Of a stretch of DNA of 32,000 nucleotides, positions 1 through 6,988 are shown one piece after another. The DNA comes from an uncultured Methanosarcinales archaeon (GTDB lineage: Archaea; Nanobdellota; Nanobdellia; Woesearchaeales; CAZPJY01). The stretch is taken from contig CAZPJY010000014.1 in assembly GCA_964587045.1 (NCBI GenBank), forward strand, positions 1 through 32,000. Direction: 5' to 3'. Positions within the stretch are counted from its first letter, which is position 1. Each line of letters starts with the position of its first letter. The position numbers were made by a program, and so were the translations under genes. The notes beneath the pieces were generated by a model. The model worked only from the letters and a program-made list of their open reading frames with translations, did no database searches and was not told the DNA's origin.

Positions 1-129
1 ATCAATACGCAGGACTATAACGTCTACATGAACGTTCAGGAGCAAATCAACCTGAAACTCATCAGGGCTTTCAACAAGGAAGGCATCGAGTTCGCCTTCC
101 CGACAAGGACTGTGATTCTCTCGAAGTAG
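1..129 (+). CDS. C-terminal fragment of a mechanosensitive ion channel (MscS family); the 5' part lies outside the window
   Basis: Frame 1 is open from base 1 to TAG at 127-129. The translation INTQDYNVYMNVQEQINLKLIRAFNKEGIEFAFPTRTVILSK resembles the conserved C-terminal end of MscS-like channels (GIEFAFPxRTV). Confidence 0.55.
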   Translation: MNTQDYNVYMNVQEQINLKLIRAFNKEGIEFAFPTRTVILSK

Positions 130-156
130 CCCCGTCGACATTAGAAAAGAATACTA

Positions 157-229
157 TGGGGCTGCTGGGATTCGAACCCAGGTTGCGCGGCCCCGAACCG
201 CGAATGATACCAAGCTACACTACAGCCCC
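157..229 (-). tRNA. tRNA-Pro (anticodon CGG), no intron, CCA not encoded
   Basis: The reverse complement reads GGGGCTGTAGTGTAGCTTGGTATCATTCGCGGTTCGGGGCCGCGCAACCTGGGTTCGAATCCCAGCAGCCCCA. Acceptor stem is GGGGCTG/CAGCCCC. Anticodon stem is CGCGG/CCGCG with loop TTCGGGG (CGG at 195-193). T arm is CTGGG-TTCGAAT-CCCAG. Confidence 0.9.
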
Positions 230-256
230 GATGGGCCGTAAGGAAGAACGGGGTGG

Positions 257-265
257 TTATAAAGG
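257..265 (-). promoter_or_regulatory. TATA box (CCTTTATAA) for tRNA-Pro, overlapping the TAA stop of the upstream GTPase gene
   Basis: The minus-strand TTTATAA lies about 28-35 nt upstream of the tRNA 5' end at 229. The GTPase stop codon (257-259) is part of the same motif. Confidence 0.45.
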
Positions 266-979
266 TTTCTGCCCTATCCTGCCTTCCTGCCAGGCCTTTA
301 CGAGCATCCTGGCCGTCGTCTCGGTGTCTGGCAGGCCGCCCTTCTTCAGGCGGTTGAGCTTGATTGCCACAGCTTCCAAAACCTCCTCGGGTTCGCCGGC
401 CTCCACATTGTAGTGCTCCTCAACCGCGCCATCAAGGGACTTGATGAGGTGCTCTGCGACCTGCTCGGGATCTTTCAGCTCGTAGAAGTTTTTGGAGCCG
501 ATGAGGGCGTGCCTTACCTCATCGTCCTCCCTGAAGGGTATGACGCCGGGCGTGTCGATCAGCCTCAAGTTCTTTGATGCGCGCACGTCCTGCCTGCCCA
601 GAGTCGTGCCGCTCTTGCTCGATACCTTGGCCTTGCCGCCACCACCCAGAGAGTTGATGACTGAGCTCTTGCCCACGTTGGGGTAGCCCAGGACGCCGAC
701 TACGACTGGCTTTTTCTTGGCCACGATCATGATGAGCTCCCTAAGCCTCTTGGCTCCCTCATGCTTGCGGGAATCCATCACCACCGCGGGCTTTAGCGAG
801 GTCTTAGTTCTCGCCAGGTCCGCCTTGTTTATGACGTAAATCAGGACCTTGCCCTCCTTTCTGACCTTCTCTTCTATCTCAGGGTTCCTGGTCTCTTCTA
901 TCAGGCGGGCGTCGAGAACTTCCAGAACTACATCTGCCTCCTTTATGACCCTGTTGACCGATTTCCAGAATGATATCAT
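257..979 (-). CDS. Circularly permuted GTPase of the YlqF/RbgA/YawG ribosome-biogenesis family
   Basis: 240 aa. The G4 motif NKAD comes before G1 (GYPNVGKSS) and G3 (DTPG), which is the permuted order diagnostic of this family. The start overlaps the upstream ORF stop as ATGA. Confidence 0.85.
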   Translation of the reverse strand: MISFWKSVNRVIKEADVVLEVLDARLIEETRNPEIEEKVRKEGKVLIYVINKADLARTKTSLKPAVVMDSRKHEGAKRLRELIMIVAKKKPVVVGVLGYPNVGKSSVINSLGGGGKAKVSSKSGTTLGRQDVRASKNLRLIDTPGVIPFREDDEVRHALIGSKNFYELKDPEQVAEHLIKSLDGAVEEHYNVEAGEPEEVLEAVAIKLNRLKKGGLPDTETTARMLVKAWQEGRIGQKPL

Positions 980-1239
980 AAACGGGATTTCTTGCCGCGA
1001 TACTGCTTCTTCGAGAGGCGGGACTGCTCCTTTATGCTCAGCCGTTTGAAGGGATCCCGGTTCATCTTGGACCTCCGTATGAAAAGGCCGAGCTTCCGGT
1101 CGTCGTCGATGGCATTTGGAGTCTCATCAGGAGGCTTGATCTGATTGATAGCCTTGAGCCTCTCCTCGACCTGCGACGGGTACTTGCTCCCCTTGACTAC
1201 CTTTGCTGCCTTCTTTTTCTCTCTTTTCTTGCGACTCAT
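976..1239 (-). CDS. Small Lys/Arg-rich protein of unknown function, translationally coupled to the GTPase
   Basis: MSRKKREKKKAAKVVKGSKYPSQVEERLK... is strongly basic. Its TGA overlaps the GTPase ATG (ATGA at 976-979). ATG at 1239 is preferred because it lies 22 nt from the TATA-like motif at 1261-1271. ATG 1245 and TTG 1248 are alternatives. Confidence 0.5.
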   Translation of the reverse strand: MSRKKREKKKAAKVVKGSKYPSQVEERLKAINQIKPPDETPNAIDDDRKLGLFIRRSKMNRDPFKRLSIKEQSRLSKKQYRGKKSRL

Positions 1240-1313
1240 AACCATCAAGGAAGAGGAAGATGTTTAAATAGTTTTTGACAAGCTTTTTATAAACAGGGAG
1301 ATACGCTAAAATC

Positions 1314-2267
1314 GTGGAAAAGACAACCATCATCTACAACTCATCCATCAGGCTCCCCAAACGCAAGGAGATGAGCCTGTTCGCATTCGCCAAACGGTAC
1401 GGCGCGGAGGTCATACCGACCGAAAGGCAGGGCCATGGCCAGGAGCTTGCTAGAAGGGCGGTGGATGCTGGCGCCAGGATAGTGGGAGCGCTCGGAGGCG
1501 ACGGCACGGTAAGCGAGGTGGTGAACGGCTCCCTGGGTAAGGAGGTCGTGAACTTCGTGCTCCCAGGGGGCACAGGAAACGATTTTGCCAAATACAGCCT
1601 TGGGGTGAGGGACTTTTCGGCCGGTCTGGAAAAACTGGTCAGATACCTGGAGACTGGCGCCAGCAAGAAGAGGATAGACGTGCTGTCCTTTGCTTCAGAG
1701 ACGTTGAACAGGCATTTCGTCAGCACTGGCGACCTGCACTTCGCAGCAGAGGCGACAGTGGAGGCCAAGAAATTCAAGGAGAAGTTCCCGAGGCTGGCTT
1801 ACCCCCTCGGGGCGATATCGGCCTACGGCCGCGTGGAGCAGAAATACCTGCGGCAGGTCAGGATCAACGACGAGCTTGAGATGGAGATTGTCCCTGCGTG
1901 GATGGTGAACGTCAGCAACTCGCCGAGGATCGGCGGAGGGCTCAGGATTGCGCCATATGCGAAGCCCGACGACGGCTACATGGATGTGGTGTTCGTCAAA
2001 AAGCCGAGGTTCGGCCAGCTCCTGCGTCTGCTCCTTAGCGTCCAGCTGGGGTGCTCCTATCACGTGAAGTCAGACATCGCAGAATACTTCTCAGGCCAGC
2101 GCTTCCATGAGAAGTTCAACTCCTTGAAATCGGACATAAAGCCGACTTCGCTTGAGGTGGAGGTTTACCAGGCCATGAGGGTCGAGCTCGACGGCGAGGT
2201 ATTCGAGCCAAAGGACTTCAGGTACGAATTCTCAGTTAGCCCTCACAAGGCTCAGTTCATTAATTAA
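1314..2267 (+). CDS. Lipid kinase of the diacylglycerol kinase catalytic-domain family (YegS/BmrU/LCB5-like), paralog 1
   Basis: 317 aa with a GTG start 20 nt after TTTTATAAAC (1285-1294). Motifs: GALGGDGTVSEVVNG (the GGDGT nucleotide-binding signature) and LPGGTGNDFA. Confidence 0.8.
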   Translation: MEKTTIIYNSSIRLPKRKEMSLFAFAKRYGAEVIPTERQGHGQELARRAVDAGARIVGALGGDGTVSEVVNGSLGKEVVNFVLPGGTGNDFAKYSLGVRDFSAGLEKLVRYLETGASKKRIDVLSFASETLNRHFVSTGDLHFAAEATVEAKKFKEKFPRLAYPLGAISAYGRVEQKYLRQVRINDELEMEIVPAWMVNVSNSPRIGGGLRIAPYAKPDDGYMDVVFVKKPRFGQLLRLLLSVQLGCSYHVKSDIAEYFSGQRFHEKFNSLKSDIKPTSLEVEVYQAMRVELDGEVFEPKDFRYEFSVSPHKAQFIN

Positions 2268-2902
2268 GGCACTGACTTTCTGGAGTACTCGAAGTATGAG
2301 AACACCACCGTGATCAGAGCCGCGGCAAGAACAGACACCAACACGAAGTATATGGCCAGCTTTGGGAAAAGGAGCCCGAGGAAGGATATTATACCAGCCG
2401 CCAAGAAGAGCTTCGATCCCAGAAGGTGGGTCTTTTCCCATACCCTGTCGCTTGATAGGGTCCAGGGTGTGCGTATCCCGATGAACCAGTTGCGCTTGGC
2501 CTTCCTCAGCAGCACGCTCAGATAGATGAAGAGCAATCCCATCGCAGGGGTCATCATGCCTCCGATGTTGAACCTCGCACCCGCGTTCCAAGCGAGGGTC
2601 AATGCGTGGACGTAGACCAGGAAGACCAGGATGACCACTATGAACCAGTCGTAGTATTTCCTGAAAGATTTGATGTTCTTCCTCAATGGGTCGATGAGAG
2701 GTATGCCTAAGAATAGGAGAATCAGTGCAAGGGAGATGATGGGCATCAGGAAGGTGCCCCAAAACTTTGACATGTACCCGTTGACCTCGCCTGCTGCGTT
2801 CCAGTGAGAGGCCATCCTGTCAGGCATGGAGCCGTATACTGAGAAACTAAGGATGAATGATGCTGCTACGAGCACTAGGATTATGATATAGCTGATTTTC
2901 AT
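2264..2902 (-). CDS. SdpI/YhfL-family integral membrane protein with an N-terminal DUF1648-like segment
   Basis: 212 aa, polytopic. SMPDRMASHWNAAGEVNGY matches the DUF1648 signature. RKAKRNWFIGIRTPWTLSSDRVWEKTH matches the SdpI signature (N-x-GIRTPWTL). The stop overlaps the stop of the convergent kinase gene inside the palindrome TTAATTAA (2260-2267). Confidence 0.75.
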   Translation of the reverse strand: MKISYIIILVLVAASFILSFSVYGSMPDRMASHWNAAGEVNGYMSKFWGTFLMPIISLALILLFLGIPLIDPLRKNIKSFRKYYDWFIVVILVFLVYVHALTLAWNAGARFNIGGMMTPAMGLLFIYLSVLLRKAKRNWFIGIRTPWTLSSDRVWEKTHLLGSKLFLAAGIISFLGLLFPKLAIYFVLVSVLAAALITVVFSYFEYSRKSVP

Positions 2903-2923
2903 ATTCTTGGAGTGGGGTGAGGA

Positions 2924-2935
2924 GGTTAATATACC
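2924..2935 (-). promoter_or_regulatory. TATA box (GGTATATTAACC) for the SdpI-like gene
   Basis: The proximal end lies about 23 nt from ATG 2902, the same spacing seen at other genes in the window. This predicts a leaderless transcript. Confidence 0.4.
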
Positions 2936-2947
2936 TTCCCAATAAGG

Positions 2948-2959
2948 CTTATAAATACC
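2948..2959 (+). promoter_or_regulatory. TATA box (CTTATAAATACC) for the beta-barrel-like gene
   Basis: It matches the window-wide motif and ends 20 nt before ATG 2978, which predicts a leaderless transcript. Confidence 0.45.
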
Positions 2960-2977
2960 AGTTTTGTACGTGGGTAG

Positions 2978-3673
2978 ATGCTCAAGAGAGCCGTTACGCT
3001 CATGCTCGCTGCATCACTTTCATTCCTTCCATTTAGCAAGGCGTTTCCGCAGGACAAGAAGGTCGAGGTCTCGGTCGACTCAGAACCTTTCAGGTTCGAA
3101 GACAAGCTATACGTGATGTTGCGCGTGCCTGAGAGGTACAGGACTGTCAATGGCCATTTGATCGAACGCGAAACCATGATGATCGACGACAAGACAGTCA
3201 AGGCTTCGTTAAAATTGGGCATCGCAGCGCCGCTCATATGGGAGCTTTACGTAAGAGGTCACGCAGGCGTTGCCTTCGACCTAAACCAATCGACAAAAGA
3301 GAGGCGGAACTTTTCAGACCGCGCAGAAGAAGGCAACGATTACTACTTCATCAGCTCATCAAACCGGCTACACCCCCTCTTCGGACTGGAGCTTGAGTTC
3401 AGACCGACTGAGAGGAGGAACGAGAGGCTTAGGATCGCGTACGGGCTAGAAGCAGTTCTCGATGAGGGCTTTGCGGCTTACACACCCAAAGGGTCAAGGG
3501 ACATCGGCGGGTTGAGCACCCTGAGCCAGTACCTGCGCGCAAGGGTGATGCTCTCAGAGCATTTCTATGTCGGGTTCAGGTTCGGAACGGTCGAAATCCT
3601 CACGACGAAGCTTCCCTTCTACCAGGCTGATAGGAACTACACCGCTGGCTTCACGACTGGATTCGAGTTTTGA
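2978..3673 (+). CDS. Secreted protein resembling a small bacterial outer-membrane beta-barrel (OmpA/OmpW-like OMP_b-brl type)
   Basis: 231 aa. The N-terminal signal peptide is MLKRAVTLMLAASLSFLPFSKA. There are repeated amphipathic alternating segments (LFGLELEFR, LRIAYGLEAVL, YLRARVMLS, FYVGFRFGTVEIL). The C terminus YTAGFTTGFEF ends in Phe, like the OMP beta-signal. Confidence 0.5.
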   Translation: MLKRAVTLMLAASLSFLPFSKAFPQDKKVEVSVDSEPFRFEDKLYVMLRVPERYRTVNGHLIERETMMIDDKTVKASLKLGIAAPLIWELYVRGHAGVAFDLNQSTKERRNFSDRAEEGNDYYFISSSNRLHPLFGLELEFRPTERRNERLRIAYGLEAVLDEGFAAYTPKGSRDIGGLSTLSQYLRARVMLSEHFYVGFRFGTVEILTTKLPFYQADRNYTAGFTTGFEF

Positions 3674-4559
3674 AGTCCCTCAGCAGCTTACGGTCCAGAT
3701 TTGAGAAATCTATGAGAGCGTTGTAGAGCTCGAGCACAGAATAAGGTCCTGAATTGTTCTCATAATCTGCCTCTGCACGGTATTCCAAGGTCTTCCTGAC
3801 CAGCCAATTCTTCGAGTGGGCCTTCTCATATTTTTTGTTCCTCTCAAGCTGTGCCATGAGCTTGGCAGTATGCGGGAGGCTGCTTATGGTCTCTGGCAAC
3901 TCGCGGAGCGGGATCCTGAATTCCTTGAGGTGCTCAACAGTCTTTTTGGTGACCTCGACCACGTCATCAAGTTCGCCTTCATTTTCTGACGCTTTGATGT
4001 AGGCTGAGGCGATGTCCCCTACCTTGAATAGGAAGTTCCCATCTTGATATGATAACAGGTGTACGTCGCAAGCCGCGCCTGCGACAGATTCGATATCGAA
4101 AACCTTGGAGTCCTTGAACATAGATTTTATCGTTATTGAAAGGTAATCCATGTTGAGGTTGGTGTTGAGCTTTTCGAGTGTGGTCTCGAGAGCCTTGGTC
4201 ATGCCGACCAGGGTGTGGGGCGCTGCGCTGTGGGTATGGTACAGCTCGAGCGTCGGAATAAGGTCGCCGAAGACGTCATGCGCGTCGTTGGGCCCCTTGC
4301 CGCTTGGAACGTTTTTATCGAACGCATCGAGTATGTGAGTCATGGATAAGTAGTATTCTTGTGCTGAGGATGCCATGTCATCTTTCTCTATCAACGATTT
4401 CAGGAGCAGTGTAATGCCCCAATCGTCTGCCCTCTTATCGTCAGCCCTGCTGAGTATGTCTTTGGCTATGTCATCTAGATTCCTGAAGCTTTCGTCATAG
4501 CTTGAGCCCTGGCCCAGCATCACGATCATCCGCTGATAGCAGCTTTGTGTGTATCCCAT
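3651..4559 (-). CDS. Hypothetical cytoplasmic protein (302 aa), no recognisable domain
   Basis: This is the long ORF directly downstream of the TolC-like gene. It has no signal peptide or TM segment. Its 3' end overlaps the convergent beta-barrel-like gene by 23 nt. Confidence 0.55.
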   Translation of the reverse strand: MGYTQSCYQRMIVMLGQGSSYDESFRNLDDIAKDILSRADDKRADDWGITLLLKSLIEKDDMASSAQEYYLSMTHILDAFDKNVPSGKGPNDAHDVFGDLIPTLELYHTHSAAPHTLVGMTKALETTLEKLNTNLNMDYLSITIKSMFKDSKVFDIESVAGAACDVHLLSYQDGNFLFKVGDIASAYIKASENEGELDDVVEVTKKTVEHLKEFRIPLRELPETISSLPHTAKLMAQLERNKKYEKAHSKNWLVRKTLEYRAEADYENNSGPYSVLELYNALIDFSNLDRKLLRDFKTRIQS

Positions 4560-4581
4560 CGTGAAATCGAGGAGAAACAGT

Positions 4582-4594
4582 CTATTTATAAAGC
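4582..4594 (-). promoter_or_regulatory. TATA box (GCTTTATAAATAG) for the 302-aa gene, abutting the TolC-like stop codon
   Basis: The motif ends 23 nt upstream of ATG 4559. The TolC-like TAA is at 4595-4597. Confidence 0.45.
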
Positions 4595-5875
4595 TTATTG
4601 AGCTTTTCCCCTCGCGACCAGCTCGTCGAGAGGTGTTTCGAAATCCTGGAGGTAGTACCTCAGCGACAGCTCAGCCATCCTGTAAGCTGTAAGGTTCTCG
4701 TAAAGAGCGTACCTTGCGTCGTAATACGCGTCCATCGCATCTTCGACCTCTTTTGCCGTGACCTTCTCCTTGCCTATCTTGCCGGTCGCGAGGTCGTACG
4801 GCACCATGAACAGCTTGACCCCTTCAGGGTCTATTACTTCATATTTCTCCATCATGGTCTTGTAGGAGCCACGAATCCAGCTGTCTATGTCAATCAGCTT
4901 CTGCCTCTTGGCATTCTCCATCTGCTCCAGGCTTATAAGCGCGTTCTCCTTGGTGAGGCTGCTCTCCCCCCAGTCGTAGATTCGCCAGTTTAGGGTGACC
5001 TGCGCGCTGTAGCCGTCGTAACCGGCCTCGATGTTCGAGATCTTATTTGCGCCAAGCGAAACCTGCGGCCATTTGATGGCCTCTGCCAGCTTGATGTTGA
5101 GCCTGCTCTGCTGCTGGTTGAGGTTCTCGTACTGGGTGTGGATAGGAATCGCCAACTGCTTTAGGACGGTGATGGTCTCTTCGTCCTTGAATTCAGGCTT
5201 CTTAGGGAAGATGTAATTTCCGTCGACATTGAAGTCGGATTCGTTGGTCCTGCTCATCCAGCTCTTTATCTTGTCAATCTGGTTTGAGTATGCCACCTGC
5301 ATCTGCATCAGCTTGTTCTTTTGTTCCCGCCTCCTGGCTATGAATGTGGCCTCGAAATCTTGAATGGTCGACTCGTCTTTGGTTTCCCTCGCGATCTGGA
5401 CCACGCGGTCGATGTCGAGGATCTGGTCTGTAAGCAGATCCTTGGCGGTTCTGGTGAGCCTCGCGCTGTAGTAGCTTTGGCTTGTGTTTAGGATTATCCT
5501 TGAGGTGTTGAACTCGACGTCGACCTCTTGCTCTTTGACATTGTTCTTGCGCTTTTCTATGGTAGGGCTCCTTGCGCGGTCGAACAGGGGGACCCCTGTG
5601 TATACGTTGATGGGCGTGCTGTAGTCGCTCTCTCTGTTGGTCCAGTTCTGCGACCCTTGTATCGTCGTCCTCAGGGTTGGGAAATACTGCTGCTTTTTGA
5701 CTATCGACACCATGTTCTCAGCTTTCTTCACCTCAAGGCGGGTGTTCTTCAGCGAGAGGTTGTTCCTTACCGCCTCTTCTACCACCTGGTCAAGAGAGAG
5801 GGTCTCCTGCGCACGCGCGAGAGTGGGAAACAGCAGGCCGGCTGAAAGCAGGGCAACTTTGAGCAGCTTTTTCAT
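4595..5875 (-). CDS. TolC/OprM-like outer membrane factor (outer membrane efflux protein family)
   Basis: 426 aa. Signal peptide MKKLLKVALLSAGLLFPTLARA/QE. The N-terminal signature is LSLDQVVEEAVRNNLSLKNTRLEVKKAENMV...YFPTLRTT. The second half-repeat is LKQLAIPIHTQYENLNQQQSRLNIKLAEAIKWPQVSLGAN. Length and two-repeat layout are typical of OMF proteins. Confidence 0.75.
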   Translation of the reverse strand: MKKLLKVALLSAGLLFPTLARAQETLSLDQVVEEAVRNNLSLKNTRLEVKKAENMVSIVKKQQYFPTLRTTIQGSQNWTNRESDYSTPINVYTGVPLFDRARSPTIEKRKNNVKEQEVDVEFNTSRIILNTSQSYYSARLTRTAKDLLTDQILDIDRVVQIARETKDESTIQDFEATFIARRREQKNKLMQMQVAYSNQIDKIKSWMSRTNESDFNVDGNYIFPKKPEFKDEETITVLKQLAIPIHTQYENLNQQQSRLNIKLAEAIKWPQVSLGANKISNIEAGYDGYSAQVTLNWRIYDWGESSLTKENALISLEQMENAKRQKLIDIDSWIRGSYKTMMEKYEVIDPEGVKLFMVPYDLATGKIGKEKVTAKEVEDAMDAYYDARYALYENLTAYRMAELSLRYYLQDFETPLDELVARGKAQ

Positions 5876-5896
5876 AGAAGTCTGGAAATCTAATGA

Positions 5897-5909
5897 TTAT
5901 TTATATAAC
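5897..5909 (-). promoter_or_regulatory. TATA box (GTTATATAAATAA) for the TolC-like gene
   Basis: The proximal end is about 25 nt upstream of ATG 5875, the same motif and spacing as at housekeeping genes such as lonB. Confidence 0.45.
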
Positions 5910-5916
5910 TTGTGGG

Positions 5917-6885
5917 TTATTTTGAGAGGGCTTTGATGATGTCCTCAGCCCTGTAGATGGTCATTCCAAAGGTGTCCCTTTTCACCTGGTTTTTATACAC
6001 GCAGTAGCCTGCCCAGATTGCCTTTCTCGCCCCTGCTAGGTCCCTAAGCCTGAAAGGCACCCTAATCTTTTCGAAGAGGTATAGCATCTCCTCCCCGGGG
6101 TACGCCTGGTATGACACAAATCCTGAGACGTGGGTTCGGGTGGGGTCGATGGTGAATGGTATGCTCTTAGACAGCCTGATTTTGTTCACATACTCCCCCA
6201 ACAAGCCCATGTTCAAGAGGGTGGGGATATCTGATTTGGAGACGTTGGGTTTTTCGAACCTGCAAAAAGAGAGGTAATGGCTCCAAGGCGTTTCCGTTGA
6301 TTTGAACTCTATCCTGCTACCAGTCTCCTTGACTGTCTTGGTAAAATCCCTGTCCGATCCCCTGACCAGCCTGATTGAGTGCACCTCTTCCGGAAGCAGC
6401 ACGATATCCCAATTTGGATTGGTGTCGCTTCCCGACAGGTCTATGGTAAGGTAGGGATCGGTGTGGTTGAGGACTACGTTCCTGTGGTCCCTTTCCCTGA
6501 TCCTTTTCCGTTCCCTTGAGCCTGTCTTGGTGGTGTAGGGCAGAAGCATTGTGAATGTGTGTGTGACTTTCCTTTCTGAGATGTCAGTACCGTAGGCAGC
6601 CTCGAGATATCTCTTGAGCCGCTCCCTTCCGAGGTTGAGCATGGGCTTGTCCAGTAGCTTGGTGTCGAGGTCGATGTACGTGTTGACCTCGACTGCTGAT
6701 GCTTGGGTCGGGAAGAGGTTTATTGCTTCTGTGAGTATCTCGTTGATGTCGAGCGCAATGAGCTCAAGCTTCTCTTCATCAGCCTCGAGTTTGAAACGTT
6801 TGAGGCGTCCGTCCAGGAACTCGTTCGCGGTCTCTATAGTGAGCGTGTCCAAATACACTTTCTCTGTCAGACTCTGGGTGTTCAT
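5917..6885 (-). CDS. Hypothetical cytoplasmic protein (322 aa), no recognisable domain
   Basis: The long ORF opens at ATG 6903, but the TATA motif at 6905-6916 sits immediately next to that codon. The second in-frame ATG at 6885 (MNTQSLTEK...) has the canonical 20-nt spacing and is preferred. Confidence 0.55.
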   Translation of the reverse strand: MNTQSLTEKVYLDTLTIETANEFLDGRLKRFKLEADEEKLELIALDINEILTEAINLFPTQASAVEVNTYIDLDTKLLDKPMLNLGRERLKRYLEAAYGTDISERKVTHTFTMLLPYTTKTGSRERKRIRERDHRNVVLNHTDPYLTIDLSGSDTNPNWDIVLLPEEVHSIRLVRGSDRDFTKTVKETGSRIEFKSTETPWSHYLSFCRFEKPNVSKSDIPTLLNMGLLGEYVNKIRLSKSIPFTIDPTRTHVSGFVSYQAYPGEEMLYLFEKIRVPFRLRDLAGARKAIWAGYCVYKNQVKRDTFGMTIYRAEDIIKALSK

Positions 6886-6904
6886 GGTGAGCAGGAGAAA
6901 CATA

Positions 6905-6916
6905 CTATTTATAAGC
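6905..6916 (-). promoter_or_regulatory. TATA box (GCTTATAAATAG) for the 322-aa gene
   Basis: Consensus motif 20 nt upstream of ATG 6885. Confidence 0.45.
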
Positions 6917-6956
6917 TTTATGTCATTTACTACTTATTGGTGGTTAATAATCGAAA

Positions 6957-6970
6957 CATTTATATAAATT
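6957..6970 (+). promoter_or_regulatory. TATA box (CATTTATATAAATT) for the divergent membrane-protein gene
   Basis: It ends about 19-20 nt before the in-frame ATG at 6989. Confidence 0.4.
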
Positions 6971-6988
6971 TGGGGGTTGCATGAGAGC

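Noticed and set aside
156-413. 85-aa ORF on the plus strand.
   Set aside because: It runs straight through tRNA-Pro (157-229) and is antisense to the well-supported GTPase gene. The sequence is low-complexity Pro/Gly/Arg-rich, so it is spurious.
2232-2762. 176-aa alternative-frame ORF on the minus strand overlapping the SdpI-like gene.
   Set aside because: It is on the same strand as the SdpI-family ORF but in a different frame. The SdpI frame has family motifs and coherent TM segments, and this one has neither.
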